DNA from: Pseudoalteromonas obscura
GTDB lineage: Bacteria > Pseudomonadota > Gammaproteobacteria > Enterobacterales > Alteromonadaceae
Reading direction: 5' to 3'
Assembly: GCF_030135505.1 (NCBI RefSeq)
Contig: NZ_JASJUT010000017.1
Span: forward strand, 11,658-43,657
Length of the DNA: 32,000 bases
Notes under the pieces: generated by a model
Database searches by the model: none
What the model saw: only the letters and a program-made list of their open reading frames with translations
Told to the model about the DNA's origin: nothing
Made by a program: the position numbers and the translations under genes
In this document: positions 9,291-19,838 of the stretch, piece after piece
Numbering within the stretch: position 1 is the stretch's first letter
How the letters are laid out: every line of letters begins with the position of its first letter

Positions 9291-10532
9291 TCAAGGTTTA
9301 GTGATACACACCGCGGTGTTTATCCCGCCAAACCCGTAACTCAAACTCAGCGCTTGCTTGATGTTGGTTTCATGCCTAGTCGTCGCCACCCAATTAAAAT
9401 CTGTTTGTATGGGGTTTTCTAAATTTAAACTGGGGTGTAAAAATCCCTGTTCCATCTGGATCAAGGTCGCGATGATTTCAAGGCACCCAGCGGCACTCAG
9501 AGCATGACCAAAAAGGGACTTGGTCGCGTTCAATGGCGCACCACGCAGTCCTGTTTTGGCCAATGCCTGCAACTCGGTCTCATCTCCTAACACCGAGCCA
9601 CTGCCATGCGGATTGACATAATCAATGTCTGACGCCGTCATCGCTGAACAGTGCAATGCCTGTTGGATCACTGCGACTTCCCCAGCCAAAGAGGGATCTG
9701 GATTGCGATTACCATCCATCACCACTGCGCAGCCAGGTATAGCGCCGCGTAGGTGAACCCCTCTTTGCAATGCGTGCTGATGGCGTTCAAGTACTAATAC
9801 GCCACAGCCCTCACCATAAATAAAGCCATCTCGTTGTTGGTCAAAAGGTCGACAAGCCTGAGTGGGCGCATTGGCAAATCGACTGCTCCCCATGGCACCT
9901 AAAGAGGAAAATGCATGACATTCCCAGTAGGATAAATCCATCAAAGCGCCAACCACAACGCATACATCCAGTGCCCCACTTGTCACCGCTTTTGCCGCTT
10001 CAATTACCGCCAGTTGTCCACTGGCGGAGGCTCCGCCGAGCGAAAAAGCACTGCCGCGTATGTCAAATAGCTCAGTACAGATCCCACAGATATCTGAATC
10101 CATGAAATTTAATGCATAGCTGGGCTGAATAAAATACGGTGCATTTTTACGCTTGTCACGCAAATTATTTAAGTGTCGCTGCTGTACATTGCTGCCACCG
10201 ACAATCAGGCCTATTTTTTCAGGCTCAACGGTATCTAGTTTAGCATCAGTCCACGCCTGCTGCAGCGCCACCACTGCCGCTTTCGCACTCAGTGAAAAAG
10301 TACTCAGGTTATGTGCATCAAACTGTTTTGGCATCACCAGTGGCGCAAGCTCTGCGCCAATAAATGGGTCGTCAAAACAGCGCCCTTCTCGGGCCATATA
10401 TGAAAACGCCGAAGTGCCTTTTTTCAGTGCCTGAGAGATGGCTGCAATGTCCTGCCCGATCGCAGTCACGGCCCCCATGCCAGTGATCAGCGCAGGCGCA
10501 TTACGCATATTAGCGGCGATTGAGTCTGTCAT
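9291..10532 (-). CDS. Decarboxylating ketosynthase homologue (Cys->Ser) of the beta-branching cassette; MupG type
   Basis: 413 aa KAS-II-like fold: ALITGMGAVTAIGQD, SLGGASASGQLAVIEA (active-site Cys replaced by Ser, codon 10026-10028), VNPHGSGSVLGDETEL, KSLFGHALSAAG. Confidence 0.9.
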   Translation of the reverse strand: MTDSIAANMRNAPALITGMGAVTAIGQDIAAISQALKKGTSAFSYMAREGRCFDDPFIGAELAPLVMPKQFDAHNLSTFSLSAKAAVVALQQAWTDAKLDTVEPEKIGLIVGGSNVQQRHLNNLRDKRKNAPYFIQPSYALNFMDSDICGICTELFDIRGSAFSLGGASASGQLAVIEAAKAVTSGALDVCVVVGALMDLSYWECHAFSSLGAMGSSRFANAPTQACRPFDQQRDGFIYGEGCGVLVLERHQHALQRGVHLRGAIPGCAVVMDGNRNPDPSLAGEVAVIQQALHCSAMTASDIDYVNPHGSGSVLGDETELQALAKTGLRGAPLNATKSLFGHALSAAGCLEIIATLIQMEQGFLHPSLNLENPIQTDFNWVATTRHETNIKQALSLSYGFGGINTAVCITKP

Positions 10533-10776
10533 GCAAGAGATCTATCAGTTCATCCAAATTGGTCGCCGACATGGTGTCAGTCATCGGTATTCTGAGTGAC
10601 AATGCCGCCAAAATATCCACGATAATTTCAACCCGCTCCATCGAGTTCACACCCAAAGCGGCTAAGCTATCGCCCTGCTTAAACGTATGATCTTGCAAAG
10701 AGGGGACTAGCTGACGAATACAATCTAACACCACTGTTTGTACCTGACTTCTTTCGACATTGACTGCGATATTCAT
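10510..10776 (-). CDS. Discrete acyl carrier protein, acetyl-donor ACP of the beta-branching cassette (mAcpC type)
   Basis: 88 aa; phosphopantetheine site LAALGVNSMERVEII (Asn before Ser, as expected for HCS-partner donor ACPs); start overlaps the stop of the 3020-aa PKS, and its own stop overlaps the KS start. Confidence 0.85.
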   Translation of the reverse strand: MNIAVNVERSQVQTVVLDCIRQLVPSLQDHTFKQGDSLAALGVNSMERVEIIVDILAALSLRIPMTDTMSATNLDELIDLLHDRLNRR

Positions 10777-13700
10777 AGTACTTCTTCCATCTGTTTATGT
10801 TCTTTATGTTGACCGGCCACACCTAAGTGTGCGTCTTGTGTCGCCTCATCGCTGCGCTGTGCAGCTTGTAAGGCTCGGATTATTTCCTGCGCTTGTTGCA
10901 TCCCTTTGCTCTCTAACTGGCTTTGGATATACCCGGAAAAACTTTCCAACGTGTTGTGTTCATAGACGATATCGGCGTTCAAACTGAGCTGCATGGTCTG
11001 ATTGATCACCTTAATCCACTCCATCCCGGTAATTGAATCCAGCCCTAGATCCGCAAATCGAGTCGCCGCTTTGATTTCCTGCTCAGCCATCATCAAAACC
11101 GTTGCCAACGACGTGCGCAAAAAGTCTAACGAGGTGTACTCACTCGGCGCTTGCAATGACACCGATGAGTCGAGCTGCGCAGCATCACCTGTCGATGTCT
11201 GTGGCTCAGCAAACAGCGAAGTCAGATACTGAGAAAACGCTGCTGGCGTCGGGTGTTCATATACCGCATTAGCCTCAATGTGCGTGCCAAAATGGTTATT
11301 AATGGCGCGGATCCATTCAACCCCAACAATCGAGTCTAAGCCCAAATCAACAAAGCGAGACTGCGCGCGAATATCCCCCGCATCGAGCAACAAAGCATTT
11401 GCCAAGGTGGCGATAACGGTATTGATCACCGCCTCATCATCTGCCGCTTCTTCTTGCGCGGGTGTAGACAGCGCTGTTTCCGTCATTTCAGGCTGCACTG
11501 CCGACGCCTCGCAAGCCCCACTTTGCTGCAAGTGCGCATGCAACTGATTGATGCTAGGGTATTCATGTACGCGCTCGACTGCCAACGCCAAATTATACTG
11601 AGCATTGATGGCACGTACCCACTCTACACCAACGATGGAGTCTAAGCCAATATTTGAAAACGGCGTATTGTCGGATATTTCATCTTCGTTCATCATTAAC
11701 GCCTTGGCCAAACTCGCTCGTAAAAAGTCCTTGCTGAAGGTATCTGTGCCTTCGCAAGCATGGGCCTTAGGCGTTTCATTCACTGTCACCATCTCTACGG
11801 ACGAATCCAACTGAGGTGCAGGGGTTTGCGCCTTTTCAAGCGGCCGAGCAGGCGCTGTTAACGCGACTTTTTTCACCGCAAACAGCTGCGGATCGACTAA
11901 TTGTATCTTACCCGATTTGCGCTCCTGTGGTGCTGGTAAAGCAGGTGTATTGCGCGATAGTGCATTCACCATCTGAGCACGTAACGCTTCATCACTGGCT
12001 GGTTTCCAGTAGCGTTTTGCCACAAATGGATAGGTCGGCAAGCTGATTTTCACCGGGCTCTGGTGATCATATAAAGCATGCCACTGAATCTCTCTCCCTC
12101 GCAACCAGGCACTGACAAGCTCTTTACAACGCACATCTCTTTGCGCTTCATCGGTGCGCTTGATGGTACTTAAAAAGCTTGGGTCTAGTGGCGTAGACTG
12201 CGCTTGGTTTTCGTCAGCAACTCCCGTGCATACCAGGCTATTCAACCAACTTTCAGCTTCCGCTGGCACACTGTCAGCGGCTAAGAATCGCTCTAACCCT
12301 GTGTGTATCTCTGCCAAGTCGCCAGCCATGCATGCCAATCGGTAGTCAAATGTTTCGCGACCCGTTTGCAAGGTATATGCAATGCGCTGTACATCGTCTT
12401 GAGATAGCTGCTCACGCCTTAAATGGTGCAGTAGATTACTGGCCATCTCTTTGAGCTGTTCGTGACTTCTGGCAGATAGTGTGATCACTTGAAGGTGCGA
12501 TCTATTGTTTCCGTGTTGCTCTACCTGTTTAGGCGCTTCTTGTACAATCAGGTGGGCATTTGAGCCCCCAGCACCAAACGATGACACTCCAGCAATACGC
12601 GGGGCATCATCACGACTTGGCCATGGCGCCAGCTGCTGTTGCACAACAAATGGGGACTGCGCAAACTCAATTTTGGGGTTTATCTGTTCACTGTGCAATG
12701 AAGGCACGAGTTGCTGGTGTTTCATTTGCAACAGCACCTTGGTCAGACCCGCGATGCCCGCAGCACTTTCACAGTGGCCAATATTGGACTTCACAGAACC
12801 AATTGCGCAGAGATGGTCTTTGTTTTTATCGGTTGAGAACGCTTTATTTAAAGCGGCCACTTCAATGGGATCTCCCAGCGAAGTCCCCGTACCATGTGCC
12901 TCCAGATAACTGATCTCCTGAGGCCTAACCTTGGCTTGTGCCAATGCCCGAGCGATCACCGTCTGCTGAGCCGTGGGGCTAGGAACAGAGTACCCATAGG
13001 TTCTGCCGCCATGATTGACCGCACTGCCTTTGATCACGCCGTAAATATTGTCGCCATCTTGCAGTGCTTCACGCAACGGTTTGAGTAGCACCGCCCCTAC
13101 ACCTTCACTGGGCACAAATCCGTCCGCCTCAGCGCTAAAGGTTTTACAGCGACCAGTTTGCGATGCAAACCCGCCATATCCCAGCATCAAGTATTTTGCA
13201 GGGTGAATAGACACATTGACGCCGCCAGCAATGGCCGCTTTGCACTCACCGCTGAGCAAGCTTTGACAAGCTAGGTGAATGCTGGTCAGTGATGACGCAC
13301 ACATGGTATCAATGGCCAAACTCGGACCGTGAAAGTCACAAAAGTAGGATACACGATTGGCAATAGACGACGGGCTCATTGACAATACCATAGGCCGGCC
13401 CAACATGGTTTCCTGCGCACCATACAGTTGATATTCCTGATAAGTCACCCCAACATACACACCGACCGCACCGGGTGTCCCATCGAGTGCAGTGTTTTGT
13501 GCCAAAGACGCCCTGCTATAGCCTGCGTCTTCTATTGCTTCATAGGCCGTTTGTAAAAACAGCCTTTCCTGTGGTTCGATGATTTCAGCTTCGCGAGGTG
13601 AAATATTAAAGAAGCTCGGATCAAACTTATCTACGCCATCGATAAAACCGCCCCACTTTGCATACGTTTTGCCAGGTTTGCCTTTTTCCGCATCATAATA

Positions 13701-16700
13701 ATGACTATGAGCCCAGCGGCTGATTGGCACCTCCGTGATGCAGTCTTGGCCCCCAGCTAACACCTGCCAAAACGCTTGCAGTGTATTTGCTTGAGGGTAA
13801 CGTCCTGATATACCGATGATAGCAATATCCGTATCTTGTGCATCTCCACTTTGTTCTGGGCGAGCGCTAGCGACGGACTCTCTTTGCGGTTCAATCGATT
13901 CAGACGAGCTGGTTGTGCGAGGGGCATCACTCGAACTGGTGGGGGGAATGAGGTGTGCCTCAAGTTGACTGCGGTGTGCAGTCAACATGTATTCAGCCAA
14001 TTGCGCGATTGTGTGATATTCAAAAAATAGGGTTTTTGGCAGTGTCCCATAGACAGATTCCAATTTATTGGTCAGCTTGGTCACCACCAAAGAGTCAATT
14101 CCCAGCTCATCAAAACCTGTATCCTGCCCAAGCTTCTCCTTTGCATACCCCGTCACTTGTGAGATCAGCGCGGTCAACTGTTCACATACTGACGCCAGTA
14201 AGACACCCTCATCGGCAGATGATAAGGCACCAGAGTGCCCTTGCACCCGCGTTTTGCCCGTTAAGGAGTCGCTGTACGCCTCGAGCAAGTCATGTAATGT
14301 ACGATAGGCGTTCGCGGTATTTAAGCTGAAATCATGATCACAATGCTGATTTAACTCATTGACAATGGCATGTAACTCTACGATACCGAAACCTTGCTCA
14401 TCCAGCCCAACATGCAGGTCAATTGCACTCGGTGCCACACCGACAACCACCGCGGCCGCGGCGGTAAATCGCGACATCAGTTCACGCTGCACTTGGCCAT
14501 TATTCGGTTGCGTGGCTTTGCTTGGCAGTGCGATAGGCGCTGCCGCACCAATTGAACGAGAGAAGTGCTGTTCAAGTTTTGCCGTATCGCCAGCAATTGC
14601 TATGGTGCGAGTACGCGCTTGGCGCATCACTTGATACAACACCGACAATCCCGCATCGCGCTCAATAGGCTGCATACCTGACATGTCGTATAGTGCTGCG
14701 AGAATATCATCAGATACTTGCATCCCGCCATCACGCCACAGCCCCCAGCCGATAGCACAACTTTGACCAAAACACAGACCCTGCTCAACGCGCTGTTGTC
14801 GCTGCTGCGCATACAGATCCATAAAGGCATTGGCGGCAGCATAATCTCCCTGTCCAACATTACCAACCATGGAAACCGCTGAGGAGAACAGCACAAAGTG
14901 CTCCAGCTTTATCTCTTCACACGCTTGTCCCAAGTGCCATGCACCATAGGTTTTTGGCGCGAGGACTCGTCGAATGCTTTGTGCATCTTTATTGCGTAAT
15001 AGGCCGTCTTGAATAACTCCTGCACAGTGCAACACCGCATTGATCCCACCATGCTCACGCACGGTATTTTGAACCAAGGTTGTCACTGCATCGAGCGCGG
15101 TCAGATCCACTGTCTCATAGCGCACCGTCGCGCCCATTTCTTTCAAACGGGCGAGTTGATTATCTCTGTCTACATCCAGAGGCCGCTGACCCGTTAAAAT
15201 CAAGGTAGGTGCCTGCACTTTTTGCGCAATATCGCACGCACACAAATACCCCAGCTGACCCAGTCCTCCCGTGATCAAATACACCCCTTGATCGCGCCAC
15301 GGATGAGGCACAGGCACTGTATCAAGCACATCCAGATCGCATGCCATCAATTGCGATGCCTCAGCTTTGAACCAGTGACAATGCCTTTGCTGTTTCGCCT
15401 GATCAAGCAAGTTAAATACCTGTTCTTGTGGCAAGTTCGCAGGCAACTCAATGAGTTGCCCTGTAACATTGTCGTTTTCCAAAGAGCACGTTTTCAACAG
15501 TGCCGACATCGCGGGTAAAGTTGACTGTAAGCTCGGCTCTAGAGGAACCACAACTTGCAAAATTTTATGTGACCTACCCTTGTCGCGTATAATGGCTTCA
15601 AATCGCGCCGTCAATTGAATACAAAATTGCGTAAAACTGGTAGCAGGATGTGCCGTCGAACTGGACAGGTGGACAATCCCCTCTCGTGCCGACAAGGCCG
15701 GGTAATCACACAGTACAATATGTTGCTCGATATCTTCGTCCAGCGGCTCATTGTGCATCTCATCCAGTGCCCGCCAACTCGGTGTCATCAGCAGTACCCC
15801 CGCAGCACTGTCTGTTGCCGATGCTGCTAACGGGCCATCATCTCGGGCCGTTACGGGCACAAGCATCGGCGCTTTTGGAATGTCAATCTGTGCAAAAGGA
15901 TAGCCGGGTAAACTAACGCGCTGATATTGTGTGGGCTTGCTAGGAAGCCAATCGATTTCACCCCCTTGGGTCCACAACTCAGCGATATATTGAAACTTTC
16001 TCTCTGCGAGCCAATGCCTTACCAGCTGTTGTGCAGAAGACTCCTGAAATAGCGCCTCAACCCCTCGGTTTTTATCTACTTTGCCTTGCCACAGCTGTGC
16101 ACTCTCAGTACCCTGCTTATAGGCTTTGAGCATCTCAAGCAAGGCGTCTAACGAGTCAACTTCACACGCCATACGGTATGACATGGCTTCTCTGCCCGCC
16201 TGCAAGGTATAGGTCATATTGGCCAGCGATATGGATGGTTGCTCAGTCAAAAAGTTGATGTACTTGTCCACATAACGCGCCAATCCCGACTCGCTTTTTG
16301 CAGACAAGACAAATAAATAAGATGACTCAAGCGCAGTGCTTTGCGCAGCAGTAGGCGCTTCCTCAACCACAATATGTGCATTGCTGCCGCCAGCGCCAAA
16401 CGACGACACCCCAGCGCGTCGCTTCGCGTTTCTCGAAGCCGTATCCAGCTGCCAATCTGTCAGCGAGTGCTGCAATTTGAACGCAGAGGCTGCAAAATCA
16501 ATATGTGGGTTTGGTTGTTCGGCGTTTAAGGTCGGCGCAAGCTTTTTATGATGCATTTGCAATAACACTTTTGTCAGCCCTGCAATGCCCGCAGCCGCTT
16601 CAAGGTGGCCAATATTGGTTTTTACCGAGCCTAGCGCGCAAAATTGCTGTGCCGATGTACCCGCTTTGTAGGCCTCATCTAAGCCCTTAAACTCTACCGG

Positions 16701-19700
16701 ATCCCCGAGTAAAGTGCCGGTGCCATGCGCTTCAACATAGTTGATATCCGCAGCGCAGAGCCCGGCTCTCGACAGGGCAGTACGAATAAGGTTTTGCTGC
16801 GCTAATGGGCTCGGTACTGTGTAGCCGTTGACCTTACCACCGTGGTTTATTGCCGTACCGCGGATAACCCCATAAATGTGATCACCATCAGCAATGGCTT
16901 TGGCCAAGGGTTTTAATAACACCGCGCCCACACCTTCACCGGGCACAAACCCATTTGCCTGCGCGCCGAACGCACTTAACGTACCATCTTTGGACAATAC
17001 ATTAAGCCTAGTGAACTCAGCAAATGTGGAGGGGTGCGTATAGGCATTCACGCCGCCGGCAACAGCCACATCACACTCTCCGGCATAGAGATGCAGGCAA
17101 GCTTCATGGATGGCAGACAAAGACGACGAACACGCGGTATCGACAGGCATACTCGGGCCGCCAAAATTAAAGCGGTAAGAGATCCGATTGGCCGCTGAAA
17201 AATAAGAGTCCTTATAATTGTCAAATCCAGCTTTAGAGATCCCGACAAAGACGCCGACCGTATCACGCTCCAATGCCTTGGTGGTGTAACCAGCATCTTC
17301 AACGACATGCCAAGCGCACTGCATAAAGAGCCGCTCTTTAGGACTCATATACGCAGCTTCAAAAGGCGGTAAATTGAAAAACTCATTGTCGAAATAATTG
17401 AGCCCGTCTAAAAACCCGCCCCACTTTGCCGCCGCTTTAAAACTGTCTCCTTCGCCATCAGCTTGTGCGTCAAAGTACGCTGCAATGGGCCAGCGTTCAT
17501 TGGGGATCTCTCGAATGCTGCTTTTACCAGCAGCCAAGTTTTGCCAAAACTCAAACACATTGTCCGCATCTGGATATTGTCCAGCAAGCCCGATGATGGC
17601 AATGGGTTGTCTCGTGAACGACGGCTTACTCGCGGTGAATTTCCGGCGTGCACCCGAACCGCTCGTTGACTGCTGAAAATGCCGTTTACAATGGTCAATC
17701 AACTTGGCGGGGGTTGTTGCTTCAAACAACACCGCAGGATCTATCTGGGTGGCTAATTTCTCACTCAATGCTTTTGACACCCTAGATACCAATAAGGAGT
17801 CAAACCCCATATCGCTAAATTCCCGCTCAAGGTCAATGTCCCGCTCTGAAACGCGCAAATGTTCAGCAAGTATTGCAATCAATATTTTTGCAATGCGATG
17901 CTCATCATCGCCTGTCGGTGCTGGCTCTATAGTGATGTCCATCGCGGTATCGAGTGTCTGTGGCGCTATATCGGGTGCTATCCAATAGCTTTTTAGGTTA
18001 AATTGTGTGCCTGGCAGATGCACGCGCTGACGCTCTTCGGGCACCATTTCAGGCCACTCACAATGGCCGGTTTCCAGCCATTGTGCCGCAATCGGTTGAG
18101 CCTGCTCGCCAAGCTCTTGACTGTGTCCATGTTCAAAAACATTTGAATTCGCTCGCGCTTGCAACACATCTTCGATCTGTTGCAATAGCTGCTCTCTCGA
18201 TGATGCCAAAAAGATGCAACGATAGTCATGGCTGTCTCGGCCGTGTCGCAATGTGAATGCCAGATGTGAAAGTGGATATGCACGCTGGTTTAATACCTCG
18301 CGTAGCGCAGTGAGTTGGGCGGTGAAACACGCTTTATTCAGTGCTGACACCGGCAGCGCCCAAACTTGCTCACCTTCGGGCTCCCCCTTAACACTTGGCT
18401 CAGACTCCCGATCTAGACCTTCAATTAACACGTGGGCATTATTGCCACCTGCCCCATACGCATGGATCCCCGCCAGTCGATTGCGCGACGTCTTTGGCCA
18501 CGGTATGGTATCTGTTGCCAATTGACAGACACTGTGCTTGGGATCAATATCCGCACTGATCTGGTCAATACCGAGTATCTTGTGTATTTTTTCGCTTTGC
18601 AAACTATGAATGACTTTAAACAAAGCGCCCAATGAAGACGCTGAGTGCATATGGCCGATCATCGGTTTTAAAGTACTCACTTTGCACTGAGCTGGGCGCA
18701 ATGCGACTCCCTGTTGCTGCGCTAGGTTATTAAGTGCAAGGTTAAATGCATCCCACTCGCAAATATCGGCAACCGGATTACCCATGCCCTGAGCTTCTAT
18801 ATAGTCGACCTCTCGCGGATCTATGTTGGCCTTGGCGTAACATGCTTGGATCAGAGATGCATGTGCATTGGTATTGGGCGCAGCAATCGACGCAGAACGA
18901 TTGCCATTATAATTTACCGCTGAATTTTTGATCACGGCATAGATAGCATCCCCATCTTTGCGCGCACGAGAATAGGGTTTAAGTAAAATACTGGCCACCC
19001 CTTCCGCTCGTAAATAGCCATCAGCATCACTGCCAAATGATTTCACTGTCGGTGTTGGACTCATCTGTTGCGATTGCGACAACTTAACGAAGGTATCTGG
19101 TCGCAGCAATAGATTCGCCGCCCCGACTATGGCCTGATCAATCTCCCCCGCGCGCAGTGCAACCACAGCTCTGTGTATCGCCACCGCAGCACCAGAGCAC
19201 ATTGTGTTAACCACTTCACTGGGACCTGAAAAATCAAAATAGTACGAAATATTATTGGCAATCATACTGTCCGATTGATGTAGACTCTCTCCAGTATCAT
19301 AACCCGACTCAATCAAGTTCAATAAATATTCATTGCGTTCAAAACCAACAAAGACCCCTGTATTTGAGCCTTTCAGTGCTTGCGGACGATAACCTGCATT
19401 TTCCAACGTGTTATACACCGACATCAATAACAAACGTTGCTGGGGATCCATACGCTCTGCATCATCGGGTAATAACTTAAAAAAATGAGGATCAAAACTT
19501 TGGATATCGGGAATAAATCCCCCCCAACGACACCGCATTTTATCTGGCTGAGCTTCCTCGGTTTGCACTTCATCAGCATATAAATGCCAGTCAAAACGCG
19601 ATTGAGGGATTTCCTCAATCAGAGACTCATCTTTATCTAAATGCCGCCAAAACTCAGCCACTGATTGGCAACCGGGTAAATACCCTTCTAACCCCACAAT

Positions 19701-19835
19701 GGCGATGGGTTCTAATTCTGAGGAGTCGGTATGACTTTCTTCGGCACTGTCTTTGTTGGCGGATTGAGCGGTGTGTTTTGTCGCGTATTCACGCATCAAA
19801 TCCTTGATCGCCAGTCGCTGTTTTTCTATATCCAA
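10773..19835 (-). CDS. Trans-AT PKS, 3020 aa: KS0-ACP-KS-KR-ACP-KS-ACP-ACP-ACP (MmpA/TmpA type)
   Basis: TTG start with AGGAGTG upstream. KS1 ~19712-18425 (TMCSGAAVAIH); ACP ~17920-17700 (MGFDSLLVSR); KS2 ~17612-16370 (VDTACSSSL, EAHGTGTLLGD); KR ~15300-14760 (YLITGGLGQLGY, FSSAVSMVGNVGQGDYAAANAF); ACP ~14220-13990 (LGIDSLVVTKL); KS3 ~13835-12540 (IDTMCASSL, EAHGTGTSLGD); three ACPs ~11740-10930 (GLDSIVGVEWV, GLDSIVGVEWI, GLDSITGMEWI). No integrated AT seen. Confidence 0.93.
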   Translation of the reverse strand: MDIEKQRLAIKDLMREYATKHTAQSANKDSAEESHTDSSELEPIAIVGLEGYLPGCQSVAEFWRHLDKDESLIEEIPQSRFDWHLYADEVQTEEAQPDKMRCRWGGFIPDIQSFDPHFFKLLPDDAERMDPQQRLLLMSVYNTLENAGYRPQALKGSNTGVFVGFERNEYLLNLIESGYDTGESLHQSDSMIANNISYYFDFSGPSEVVNTMCSGAAVAIHRAVVALRAGEIDQAIVGAANLLLRPDTFVKLSQSQQMSPTPTVKSFGSDADGYLRAEGVASILLKPYSRARKDGDAIYAVIKNSAVNYNGNRSASIAAPNTNAHASLIQACYAKANIDPREVDYIEAQGMGNPVADICEWDAFNLALNNLAQQQGVALRPAQCKVSTLKPMIGHMHSASSLGALFKVIHSLQSEKIHKILGIDQISADIDPKHSVCQLATDTIPWPKTSRNRLAGIHAYGAGGNNAHVLIEGLDRESEPSVKGEPEGEQVWALPVSALNKACFTAQLTALREVLNQRAYPLSHLAFTLRHGRDSHDYRCIFLASSREQLLQQIEDVLQARANSNVFEHGHSQELGEQAQPIAAQWLETGHCEWPEMVPEERQRVHLPGTQFNLKSYWIAPDIAPQTLDTAMDITIEPAPTGDDEHRIAKILIAILAEHLRVSERDIDLEREFSDMGFDSLLVSRVSKALSEKLATQIDPAVLFEATTPAKLIDHCKRHFQQSTSGSGARRKFTASKPSFTRQPIAIIGLAGQYPDADNVFEFWQNLAAGKSSIREIPNERWPIAAYFDAQADGEGDSFKAAAKWGGFLDGLNYFDNEFFNLPPFEAAYMSPKERLFMQCAWHVVEDAGYTTKALERDTVGVFVGISKAGFDNYKDSYFSAANRISYRFNFGGPSMPVDTACSSSLSAIHEACLHLYAGECDVAVAGGVNAYTHPSTFAEFTRLNVLSKDGTLSAFGAQANGFVPGEGVGAVLLKPLAKAIADGDHIYGVIRGTAINHGGKVNGYTVPSPLAQQNLIRTALSRAGLCAADINYVEAHGTGTLLGDPVEFKGLDEAYKAGTSAQQFCALGSVKTNIGHLEAAAGIAGLTKVLLQMHHKKLAPTLNAEQPNPHIDFAASAFKLQHSLTDWQLDTASRNAKRRAGVSSFGAGGSNAHIVVEEAPTAAQSTALESSYLFVLSAKSESGLARYVDKYINFLTEQPSISLANMTYTLQAGREAMSYRMACEVDSLDALLEMLKAYKQGTESAQLWQGKVDKNRGVEALFQESSAQQLVRHWLAERKFQYIAELWTQGGEIDWLPSKPTQYQRVSLPGYPFAQIDIPKAPMLVPVTARDDGPLAASATDSAAGVLLMTPSWRALDEMHNEPLDEDIEQHIVLCDYPALSAREGIVHLSSSTAHPATSFTQFCIQLTARFEAIIRDKGRSHKILQVVVPLEPSLQSTLPAMSALLKTCSLENDNVTGQLIELPANLPQEQVFNLLDQAKQQRHCHWFKAEASQLMACDLDVLDTVPVPHPWRDQGVYLITGGLGQLGYLCACDIAQKVQAPTLILTGQRPLDVDRDNQLARLKEMGATVRYETVDLTALDAVTTLVQNTVREHGGINAVLHCAGVIQDGLLRNKDAQSIRRVLAPKTYGAWHLGQACEEIKLEHFVLFSSAVSMVGNVGQGDYAAANAFMDLYAQQRQQRVEQGLCFGQSCAIGWGLWRDGGMQVSDDILAALYDMSGMQPIERDAGLSVLYQVMRQARTRTIAIAGDTAKLEQHFSRSIGAAAPIALPSKATQPNNGQVQRELMSRFTAAAAVVVGVAPSAIDLHVGLDEQGFGIVELHAIVNELNQHCDHDFSLNTANAYRTLHDLLEAYSDSLTGKTRVQGHSGALSSADEGVLLASVCEQLTALISQVTGYAKEKLGQDTGFDELGIDSLVVTKLTNKLESVYGTLPKTLFFEYHTIAQLAEYMLTAHRSQLEAHLIPPTSSSDAPRTTSSSESIEPQRESVASARPEQSGDAQDTDIAIIGISGRYPQANTLQAFWQVLAGGQDCITEVPISRWAHSHYYDAEKGKPGKTYAKWGGFIDGVDKFDPSFFNISPREAEIIEPQERLFLQTAYEAIEDAGYSRASLAQNTALDGTPGAVGVYVGVTYQEYQLYGAQETMLGRPMVLSMSPSSIANRVSYFCDFHGPSLAIDTMCASSLTSIHLACQSLLSGECKAAIAGGVNVSIHPAKYLMLGYGGFASQTGRCKTFSAEADGFVPSEGVGAVLLKPLREALQDGDNIYGVIKGSAVNHGGRTYGYSVPSPTAQQTVIARALAQAKVRPQEISYLEAHGTGTSLGDPIEVAALNKAFSTDKNKDHLCAIGSVKSNIGHCESAAGIAGLTKVLLQMKHQQLVPSLHSEQINPKIEFAQSPFVVQQQLAPWPSRDDAPRIAGVSSFGAGGSNAHLIVQEAPKQVEQHGNNRSHLQVITLSARSHEQLKEMASNLLHHLRREQLSQDDVQRIAYTLQTGRETFDYRLACMAGDLAEIHTGLERFLAADSVPAEAESWLNSLVCTGVADENQAQSTPLDPSFLSTIKRTDEAQRDVRCKELVSAWLRGREIQWHALYDHQSPVKISLPTYPFVAKRYWKPASDEALRAQMVNALSRNTPALPAPQERKSGKIQLVDPQLFAVKKVALTAPARPLEKAQTPAPQLDSSVEMVTVNETPKAHACEGTDTFSKDFLRASLAKALMMNEDEISDNTPFSNIGLDSIVGVEWVRAINAQYNLALAVERVHEYPSINQLHAHLQQSGACEASAVQPEMTETALSTPAQEEAADDEAVINTVIATLANALLLDAGDIRAQSRFVDLGLDSIVGVEWIRAINNHFGTHIEANAVYEHPTPAAFSQYLTSLFAEPQTSTGDAAQLDSSVSLQAPSEYTSLDFLRTSLATVLMMAEQEIKAATRFADLGLDSITGMEWIKVINQTMQLSLNADIVYEHNTLESFSGYIQSQLESKGMQQAQEIIRALQAAQRSDEATQDAHLGVAGQHKEHKQMEEVL
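10930..11740 (-). other. Tandem ACP tri-domain carrying the beta-branching Trp flag
   Basis: Ser codons at 11637-11639, 11331-11333, 11034-11036; Trp codons six residues downstream at 11619-11621, 11313-11315, 11016-11018. Confidence 0.9.
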
Positions 19836-19838
19836 AAC

